NCBI GenBank assembly: GCA_964304625.1
Contig: OZ199840.1
Location: 7,105,435-7,169,434 of the forward strand
Direction: 5' to 3'
Length of the DNA: 64,000 nt
Source of the DNA: Kudoa neothunni
Taxonomy: Eukaryota; Animalia; Cnidaria
A program made the position numbers and the translations under genes. The notes under the pieces were generated by a model. It saw only the letters and a list, made by a program, of their open reading frames with translations, was not told the origin of the DNA and searched no databases. The first letter of the stretch is position 1. Each line of letters starts with the position of its first letter. Below, piece after piece: positions 53,403 to 64,000 of this stretch.

Positions 53403-54084
53403 ATATTATTTAAGATAGTCAACATGAAGAGTAATCCAAAATAAGTGAGCAGGCCATAAAAATATTTCTATCGTTTGGAAAAACATGGTGTAAATCATGA
53501 TTTTCGAGAAATGCTAGAACAGAGCCTAAATATCGATACAAACTGGAAGCTGCCCCAGCCATGAGAATCCTATTAACGAATATAAAGCCAATTATCAGAG
53601 GAAACCATGGTCCAAAAACAACTATATTCAACTTTATGTATTATTATCCAATATATTTGTTAGAATACCTATGGGATTCTATTAATACAAAATAATTACC
53701 TTTAATTATCAAGCATTAGAATCCTCAAGATAGTAGTTAATTACTTTATTATATATATAAACTACTATTATCTCGAAGAAGATTACTGTTGTATTTTTGA
53801 TCATAGTGTTATGAATAATAGTTGCAACAATCTTAACAATATTGTTTTTAAAATTGTTCCATTATTACAATACATATAATCTGAAATTATTTCGAAAATC
53901 GATAATCGATAAAAATATAATACTAAATTAAATATAATATAAAAAACGCAATATTAGTTGTGCTGAGCAAATTAAAACAATTTTTACTAGGGTACACCAT
54001 TCAATTCAAATAACATTGAAGGATTTCATCCGATTAAAAGATTGAAACCATTCTTCAATCGGGTTTGATACAACGTACCATAAT

Positions 54085-57000
54085 AGAATATCCAATTAAT
54101 TAATACAGCGAATTCAATAAAATATCCATAGTAGTACTATTTTTAATTAAGGTTGCTATGGTTGTTGAACAGCCTGTGACAAACAAGAATCAGCAATTAA
54201 TTAATACAGCGAATTCAATAAAATATCCATAGTAGTACTATTTTTAATTAAGGTTGCTATGGTTGTTGAACAGCCTGTGACAAACAAGAATATCCAATTA
54301 ATTAATACAGCGAATTCAATAAAATTTCCTAGTAGTACTATTTTTAATTAAGGTTGCTATGGTTGTTGAACAGCCTGTGACAAACAAGAATCAGCAATTA
54401 ATTAATGATCATATTCGTATAAAATTTCCTAGTAGTACTATTTTTAATTAAGGTTGCTATGGTTGTTGAACAGCCTGTGACAAACAAGAATATCCAATTA
54501 ATTAATACAGCGAATTCAATAAAATTTCCTAGTAGTACTATTTTTAATTAAGGTTGCTATGGTTGTTGAACAGCCTGTGACAAACAAGAATATCCAATTA
54601 ATTAATACAGCGAATTCAATAAAATATCCATAGTAGTACTATTTTTAATTAAGGTTGCTATGGTTGTTGAACAGCCTGTGACAAACAAGAATATCCAATT
54701 AATTAATACAGCGAATTCAATAAAATATCCATAGTAGTACTATTTTTAATGAAGGTTGTTATGGTTGTTGAACAGCCTGTGACAAACAAGAATATCCAAT
54801 TAATTAATACAGCGAATTCAATAAAATATCCATAGTAGTACTATTTTTAATGAAGGTTGCTATGGTTGTTGAACAGCCTGTGACAAACAAGAATATCCAA
54901 TTAATTAATACAGCGAATTCAATAAAATATCCATAGTAGTACTATTTTTAATTAAGGTTGCTATGGTTGTTGAACAACCGGTGTCTAACAAGAATCAGCA
55001 ATTAATTAATGATCATATTCCTATTAAATTTCCTAGTAGTACTATTTTTAATTAAGGTTGCTATGGTTGTTGAACAGCCTGTGACAAACAAGAATATCCA
55101 ATTAATTAATGATCATGTTCGTATAAAATTTCCTAGTAGTACTATTTTTAATTAAGGTTGCTATGGTTGTTGAACAGCCTGTGACAAACAAGAATATCCA
55201 ATTAATTAATACAGCGAATTCAATAAAATATCCATAGTAGTACTATTTTTAATGAAGGTTGCTATGGTTGTTGAACAGCCTGTGACAAACAAGAATATCC
55301 AATTAATTAATACAGCGAATTCAATAAAATATCCATAGTAGTACTATTTTTGATGAAGGTTGCTATGGTTGTTGAACAACCGGTGTCTAACAAGAATCAG
55401 CAATTAATTAATGATCATGTTCGTATAAAATTTCCTAGTAGTACTATTTTTAATTAAGGTTGCTATGGTTGTTGAACAGCCTGTGACAAACAAGAATATC
55501 CAATTAATTAATACAGCGAATTCAATAAAATATCCATAGTAGTACTATTTTTAATTAAGGTTGCTATGGTTGTTGAACAACCGGTGTCTAACAAGAATCA
55601 GCAATTAATTAATACAGCGAATTCAATAAAATATCCATAGTAGTACTATTTTTAATTAAGGTTGCTATGGTTGTTGAACAACCGGTGTCTAACAAGAATC
55701 AGCAATTAATTAATGATCATGTTCGTATAAAATTTCCTAGTAGTACTATTTTTAATTAAGGTTGCTATGGTTGTTGAACAGCCTGTGACAAACAAGAATA
55801 TCCAATTAATTAATACAGCGAATTCAATAAAATATCCATAGTAGTACTATTTTTAATTAAGGTTGCTATGGTTGTTGAACAACCGGTGTCTAACAAGAAT
55901 CAGCAATTAATTAATGATCATATTCCTATTAAATTTCCTAGTAGTACTATTTTTAATTAAGGTTGCTATGGTTGTTGAACAGCCTGTGACAAACAAGAAT
56001 ATCCAATTAATTAATACAGCGAATTCAATAAAATTTCCTAGTAGTACTATTTTTAATTAAGGTTGCTATGGTTGTTGAACAGCCTGTGACAAACAAGAAT
56101 ATCCAATTAATTAATACAGCGAATTCAATAAAATATCCATAGTAGTACTATTTTTGATGAAGGTTGCTATGGTTGTTGAACAACCGGTGTCTAACAAGAA
56201 TCAGCAATTAATTAATGATCATGTTCGTATAAAATTTCCTAGTAGTACTATTTTTAATTAAGGTTGCTATGGTTGTTGAACAGCCTGTGACAAACAAGAA
56301 TATCCAATTAATTAATACAGCGAATTCAATAAAATATCCATAGTAGTACTATTTTTAATTAAGGTTGCTATGGTTGTTGAACAACCGGTGTCTAACAAGA
56401 ATCAGCAATTAATTAATGATCATGTTCGTATAAAATTTCCTAGTAGTACTATTTTTAATTAAGGTTGCTATGGTTGTTGAACAGCCTGTGACAAACAAGA
56501 ATATCCAATTAATTAATACAGCGAATTCAATAAAATATCCATAGTAGTACTATTTTTGATGAAGGTTGCTATGGTTGTTGAACAACCGGTGTCTAACAAG
56601 AATCAGCAATTAATTAATGATCATGTTCGTATAAAATTTCCTAGTAGTACTATTTTTAATTAAGGTTGCTATGGTTGTTGAACAGCCTGTGACAAACAAG
56701 AATATCCAATTAATTAATACAGCGAATTCAATAAAATATCCATAGTAGTACTATTTTTAATTAAGGTTGCTATGGTTGTTGAACAACCGGTGTCTAACAA
56801 GAATCAGCAATTAATTAATGATCATGTTCGTATAAAATTTCCTAGTAGTACTATTTTTAATTAAGGTTGCTATGGTTGTTGAACAGCCTGTGACAAACAA
56901 GAATATCCAATTAATTAATGATCATGTTCGTATAAAATTTCCTAGTAGTACTATTTTTAATTAAGGTTGCTATGGTTGTTGAACAACCGGTGTCTAACAA

Positions 57001-60000
57001 GAATCAGCAATTAATTAATGATCATATTCCTATTAAATTTCCTAGTAGTACTATTTTTAATTAAGGTTGCTATGGTTGTTGAACAGCCTGTGACAAACAA
57101 GAATATCCAATTAATTAATACAGCGAATTCAATAAAATATCCATAGTAGTACTATTTTTAATTAAGGTTGCTATGGTTGTTGAACAACCGGTGTCTAACA
57201 AGAATCAGCAATTAATTAATGATCATGTTCGTATAAAATTTCCTAGTAGTACTATTTTTAATTAAGGTTGCTATGGTTGTTGAACAACCGGTGTCTAACA
57301 AGAATCAGCAATTAATTAATGATCATATTCCTATTAAATTTCCTAGTAGTACTATTTTTAATTAAGGTTGCTATGGTTGTTGAACAGCCTGTGACAAACA
57401 AGAATATCCAATTAATTAATGATCATGTTCGTATAAAATTTCCTAGTAGTACTATTTTTAATTAAGGTTGCTATGGTTGTTGAACAGCCTGTGACAAACA
57501 AGAATATCCAATTAATTAATACAGCGAATTCAATAAAATATCCATAGTAGTACTATTTTTAATGAAGGTTGCTATGGTTGTTGAACAGCCTGTGACAAAC
57601 AAGAATATCCAATTAATTAATACAGCGAATTCAATAAAATATCCATAGTAGTACTATTTTTAATGAAGGTTGCTATGGTTGTTGAACAGCCTGTGACAAA
57701 CAAGAATATCCAATTAATTAATACAGCGAATTCAATAAAATATCCATAGTAGTACTATTTTTAATGAAGGTTGCTATGGTTGTTGAACAACCGGTGTCTA
57801 ACAAGAATCAGCAATTAATTAATGATCATATTCCTATTAAATTTCCTAGTAGTACTATTTTTAATTAAGGTTGCTATGGTTGTTGAACAACCGGTGTCTA
57901 ACAAGAATCAGCAATTAATTAATACAGCGAATTCAATAAAATATCCATAGTAGTACTATTTTTAATGAAGGTTGCTATGGTTGTTGAACAGCCTGTGACA
58001 AACAAGAATATCCAATTAATTAATACAGCGAATTCAATAAAATATCCATAGTAGTACTATTTTTAATGAAGGTTGCTATGGTTGTTGAACAGCCTGTGAC
58101 AAACAAGAATCAGCAATTAATTAATGATCATATTCGTATAAAATTTCCTAGTAGTACTATTTTTAATTAAGGTTGCTATGGTTGTTGAACAGCCTGTGAC
58201 AAACAAGAATCAGCAATTAATTAATGATCATATTCGTATAAAATTTCCTAGTAGTACTATTTTTAATTAAGGTTGCTATGGTTGTTGAACAGCCTGTGAC
58301 AAACAAGAATATCCAATTAATTAATACAGCGAATTCAATAAAATATCCATAGTAGTACTATTTTTAATTAAGGTTGCTATGGTTGTTGAACAACCGGTGT
58401 CTAACAAGAATCAGCAATTAATTAATGATCATGTTCGTATAAAATTTCCTAGTAGTACTATTTTTAATTAAGGTTGCTATGGTTGTTGAACAGCCTGTGA
58501 CAAACAAGAATATCCAATTAATTAATACAGCGAATTCAATAAAATATCCATAGTAGTACTATTTTTAATGAAGGTTGCTATGGTTGTTGAACAACCGGTG
58601 TCTAACAAGAATATCCAATTAATTAATACAGCGAATTCAATAAAATATCCATAGTAGTACTATTTTTAATTAAGGTTGCTATGGTTGTTGAACAACCGGT
58701 GTCTAACAAGAATCAGCAATTAATTAATGATCATGTTCGTATAAAATTTCCTAGTAGTACTATTTTTAATTAAGGTTGCTATGGTTGTTGAACAACCGGT
58801 GTCTAACAAGAATCAGCAATTAATTAATACAGCGAATTCAATAAAATATCCATAGTAGTACTATTTTTAATGAAGGTTGCTATGGTTGTTGAACAGCCTG
58901 TGACAAACAAGAATCAGCAATTAATTAATGATCATATTCGTATAAAATTTCCTAGTAGTACTATTTTTAATTAAGGTTGCTATGGTTGTTGAACAGCCTG
59001 TGACAAACAAGAATCAGCAATTAATTAATGATCATATTCGTATAAAATTTCCTAGTAGTACTATTTTTAATTAAGGTTGCTATGGTTGTTGAACAGCCTG
59101 TGACAAACAAGAATATCCAATTAATTAATACAGCGAATTCAATAAAATATCCATAGTAGTACTATTTTTAATTAAGGTTGCTATGGTTGTTGAACAACCG
59201 GTGTCTAACAAGAATCAGCAATTAATTAATGATCATGTTCGTATAAAATTTCCTAGTAGTACTATTTTTAATTAAGGTTGCTATGGTTGTTGAACAGCCT
59301 GTGACAAACAAGAATATCCAATTAATTAATACAGCGAATTCAATAAAATATCCATAGTAGTACTATTTTTAATGAAGGTTGCTATGGTTGTTGAACAGCC
59401 TGTGACAAACAAGAATCAGCAATTAATTAATACAGCGAATTCAATAAAATATCCATAGTAGTACTATTTTTAATTAAGGTTGCTATGGTTGTTGAACAAC
59501 CGGTGTCTAACAAGAATCAGCAATTAATTAATGATCATGTTCGTATAAAATTTCCTAGTAGTACTATTTTTAATTAAGGTTGCTATGGTTGTTGAACAAC
59601 CGGTGTCTAACAAGAATCAGCAATTAATTAATACAGCGAATTCAATAAAATATCCATAGTAGTACTATTTTTAATTAAGGTTGCTATGGTTGTTGAACAG
59701 CCTGTGACAAACAAGAATATCCAATTAATTAATACAGCGAATTCAATAAAATTTCCTAGTAGTACTATTTTTAATTAAGGTTGCTATGGTTGTTGAACAA
59801 CCGGTGTCTAACAAGAATCAGCAATTAATTAATACAGCGAATTCAATAAAATTTCCTAGTAGTACTATTTTTAATTAAGGTTGCTATGGTTGTTGAACAA
59901 CCGGTGTCTAACAAGAATCAGCAATTAATTAATACAGCGAATTCAATAAAATATCCATAGTAGTACTATTTTTAATGAAGGTTGCTATGGTTGTTGAACA

Positions 60001-63000
60001 GCCTGTGACAAACAAGAATCAGCAATTAATTAATGATCATATTCGTATAAAATTTCCTAGTAGTACTATTTTTAATTAAGGTTGCTATGGTTGTTGAACA
60101 GCCTGTGACAAACAAGAATCAGCAATTAATTAATGATCATATTCGTATAAAATTTCCTAGTAGTACTATTTTTAATTAAGGTTGCTATGGTTGTTGAACA
60201 GCCTGTGACAAACAAGAATATCCAATTAATTAATACAGCGAATTCAATAAAATATCCATAGTAGTACTATTTTTAATTAAGGTTGCTATGGTTGTTGAAC
60301 AACCGGTGTCTAACAAGAATCAGCAATTAATTAATGATCATGTTCGTATAAAATTTCCTAGTAGTACTATTTTTAATTAAGGTTGCTATGGTTGTTGAAC
60401 AGCCTGTGACAAACAAGAATATCCAATTAATTAATACAGCGAATTCAATAAAATATCCATAGTAGTACTATTTTTAATGAAGGTTGCTATGGTTGTTGAA
60501 CAACCGGTGTCTAACAAGAATATCCAATTAATTAATACAGCGAATTCAATAAAATATCCATAGTAGTACTATTTTTAATTAAGGTTGCTATGGTTGTTGA
60601 ACAACCGGTGTCTAACAAGAATCAGCAATTAATTAATGATCATGTTCGTATAAAATTTCCTAGTAGTACTATTTTTAATTAAGGTTGCTATGGTTGTTGA
60701 ACAACCGGTGTCTAACAAGAATCAGCAATTAATTAATACAGCGAATTCAATAAAATATCCATAGTAGTACTATTTTTAATGAAGGTTGCTATGGTTGTTG
60801 AACAGCCTGTGACAAACAAGAATATCCAATTAATTAATACAGCGAATTCAATAAAATTTCCTAGTAGTACTATTTTTAATTAAGGTTGCTATGGTTGTTG
60901 AACAACCGGTGTCTAACAAGAATCAGCAATTAATTAATACAGCGAATTCAATAAAATTTCCTAGTAGTACTATTTTTAATTAAGGTTGCTATGGTTGTTG
61001 AACAGCCTGTGACAAACAAGAATATCCAATTAATTAATACAGCGAATTCAATAAAATATCCATAGTAGTACTATTTTTAATGAAGGTTGCTATGGTTGTT
61101 GAACAGCCTGTGACAAACAAGAATCAGCAATTAATTAATGATCATATTCGTATAAAATTTCCTAGTAGTACTATTTTTAATTAAGGTTGCTATGGTTGTT
61201 GAACAGCCTGTGACAAACAAGAATATCCAATTAATTAATACAGCGAATTCAATAAAATATCCATAGTAGTACTATTTTTAATGAAGGTTGCTATGGTTGT
61301 TGAACAGCGTGTGACAAACAAGAATATCCAATTAATTAATACAGCGAATTCAATAAAATTTCCTAGTAGTACTATTTTTAATTAAGGTTGCTATGGTTGT
61401 TGAACAGCCTGTGACAAACAAGAATATCCAATTAATTAATACAGCGAATTCAATAAAATTTCCTAGTAGTACTATTTTTAATTAAGGTTGCTATGGTTGT
61501 TGAACAACCGGTGTCTAACAAGAATCAGCAATTAATTAATGATCATATTCCTATTAAATTTCCTAGTAGTACTATTTTTAATTAAGGTTGCTATGGTTGT
61601 TGAACAGCCTGTGACAAACAAGAATATCCAATTAATTAATACAGCGAATTCAATAAAATATCCATAGTAGTACTATTTTTAATGAAGGTTGCTATGGTTG
61701 TTGAACAGCCTGTGACAAACAAGAATATCCAATTAATTAATACAGCGAATTCAATAAAATATCCATAGTAGTACTATTTTTAATTAAGGTTGCTATGGTT
61801 GTTGAACAGCCTGTGACAAACAAGAATATCCAATTAATTAATACAGCGAATTCAATAAAATATCCATAGTAGTACTATTTTTAATGAAGGTTGCTATGGT
61901 TGTTGAACAGCCTGTGACAAACAAGAATATCCAATTAATTAATACAGCGAATTCAATAAAATATCCATAGTAGTACTATTTTTAATGAAGGTTGCTATGG
62001 TTGTTGAACAACCGGTGTCTAACAAGAATATCCAATTAATTAATACAGCGAATTCAATAAAATTTCCTAGTAGTACTATTTTTAATTAAGGTTGCTATGG
62101 TTGTTGAACAGCCTGTGACAAACAAGAATATCCAATTAATTAATGATCATATTCGTATAAAATTTCCTAGTAGTACTATTTTTAATTAAGGTTGCTATGG
62201 TTGTTGAACAACCGGTGTCTAACAAGAATATCCAATTAATTAATACAGCGAATTCAATAAAATATCCATAGTAGTACTATTTTTAATGAAGGTTGCTATG
62301 GTTGTTGAACAACCGGTGTCTAACAAGAATATCCAATTAATTAATACAGCGAATTCAATAAAATATCCATAGTAGTACTATTTTTAATTAAGGTTGCTAT
62401 GGTTGTTGAACAGCCTGTGACAAACAAGAATATCCAATTAATTAATACAGCGAATTCAATAAAATATCCATAGTAGTACTATTTTTAATGAAGGTTGCTA
62501 TGGTTGTTGAACAGCCTGTGACAAACAAGAATATCCAATTAATTAATACAGCGAATTCAATAAAATATCCATAGTAGTACTATTTTTAATGAAGGTTGCT
62601 ATGGTTGTTGAACAACCGGTGTCTAACAAGAATCAGCAATTAATTAATGATCATGTTCGTATAAAATTTCCTAGTAGTACTATTTTTAATTAAGGTTGCT
62701 ATGGTTGTTGAACAGCCTGTGACAAACAAGAATATCCAATTAATTAATACAGCGAATTCAATAAAATATCCATAGTAGTACTATTTTTAATGAAGGTTGC
62801 TATGGTTGTTGAACAGCCTGTGACAAACAAGAATATCCAATTAATTAATACAGCGAATTCAATAAAATATCCATAGTAGTACTATTTTTAATTAAGGTTG
62901 CTATGGTTGTTGAACAGCCTGTGACAAACAAGAATATCCAATTAATTAATACAGCGAATTCAATAAAATATCCATAGTAGTACTATTTTTAATTAAGGTT

Positions 63001-64000
63001 GCTATGGTTGTTGAACAGCCTGTGACAAACAAGAATATCCAATTAATTAATACAGCGAATTCAATAAAATATCCATAGTAGTACTATTTTTAATTAAGGT
63101 TGCTATGGTTGTTGAACAACCGGTGTCTAACAAGAATCAGCAATTAATTAATGATCATATTCCTATTAAATTTCCTAGTAGTACTATTTTTAATTAAGGT
63201 TGCTATGGTTGTTGAACAGCCTGTGACAAACAAGAATATCCAATTAATTAATGATCATGTTCGTATAAAATTTCCTAGTAGTACTATTTTTAATTAAGGT
63301 TGCTATGGTTGTTGAACAGCCTGTGACAAACAAGAATATCCAATTAATTAATGATCATGTTCGTATAAAATTTCCTAGTAGTACTATTTTTAATTAAGGT
63401 TGCTATGGTTGTTGAACAGCCTGTGACAAACAAGAATATCCAATTAATTAATGATCATGTTCGTATAAAATTTCCTAGTAGTACTATTTTTAATTAAGGT
63501 TGCTATGGTTGTTGAACAACCGGTGTCTAACAAGAATCAGCAATTAATTAATGATCATATTCCTATTAAATTTCCTAGTAGTACTATTTTTAATTAAGGT
63601 TGCTATGGTTGTTGAACAGCCTGTGACAAACAAGAATATCCAATTAATTAATACAGCGAATTCAATAAAATATCCATAGTAGTACTATTTTTAATTAAGG
63701 TTGCTATGGTTGTTGAACAACCGGTGTCTAACAAGAATCAGCAATTAATTAATGATCATATTCCTATTAAATTTCCTAGTAGTACTATTTTTAATTAAGG
63801 TTGCTATGGTTGTTGAACAGCCTGTGACAAACAAGAATATCCAATTAATTAATACAGCGAATTCAATAAAATATCCATAGTAGTACTATTTTTAATGAAG
63901 GTTGCTATGGTTGTTGAACAGCCTGTGACAAACAAGAATATCCAATTAATTAATGATCATGTTCGTATAAAATTTCCTAGTAGTACTATTTTTAATTAAG
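54085..64000. repeat. 100/101-bp tandem satellite, ~99 copies, runs off the window end
   Basis: The block TAGTAGTACTATTTTT(A/G)AT(T/G)AAGGTTGCTATGGTTGTTGAACA recurs every 100 or 101 bp. No ORF of 60 aa or more. Confidence 0.99.

Noticed and set aside
53900-54080. Mitochondrial insertion (frame extends if TGA=Trp)
   Set aside because: No recognisable mitochondrial protein motif, and the frame remains short.
54085-64000. CRISPR array (constant repeat plus variable spacer)
   Set aside because: The variable parts are recombinants of two related sequences rather than unique spacers. The context is eukaryotic and there are no cas genes.
54085-64000. Tandem exon-intron coding repeat on the minus strand (34-nt GT..CAG intron plus 66/67-nt exon)
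   Set aside because: The 66-nt form has stops in all three frames, the 67-nt form shifts frame, and the second monomer type lacks these splice sites.
54085-64000. Spliced-leader or snRNA gene array (AAG|GT and an ATTTTT(A/G)A Sm-like site)
   Set aside because: The Sm-like tract lies just upstream of the donor rather than downstream, and a 100-bp unit leaves no room for a promoter. Such motifs are expected by chance in AT-rich DNA.

Overview
AT-rich eukaryotic genomic DNA, most likely metazoan (BEL/Pao retroelement, animal-type DNAJC9 and EIF1AD), with very short spliceosomal introns of about 38-51 nt. This suggests a compact-intron parasite-like lineage, but the taxon cannot be fixed from this window. 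Positions 1-53.4 kb are a nested pile of mostly dead transposons: piggyBac, pogo/Tigger, Tc1/IS630-like, hAT, Merlin, MULE, Helitron, BEL/Pao, Gypsy and a tRNA-headed SINE. Two small host-gene islands sit in this pile: a head-to-head EIF1AD/DNAJC9 pair at 19.0-20.8 kb and a divergent multi-exon gene at 33.4-35.2 kb. From 54085 to the window end lies a highly homogeneous 100/101-bp tandem satellite (about 99 copies). It is built from a constant block plus modules shuffled between two ancestral types, is rich in short palindromes, and shows local 201/402/804-bp higher-order repeats; it is a candidate centromeric satellite. Several unrelated DNA transposase genes carry host-sized micro-introns. 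All calls were made by eye; element ends with TIR/TSD evidence are base-precise, others are approximate.
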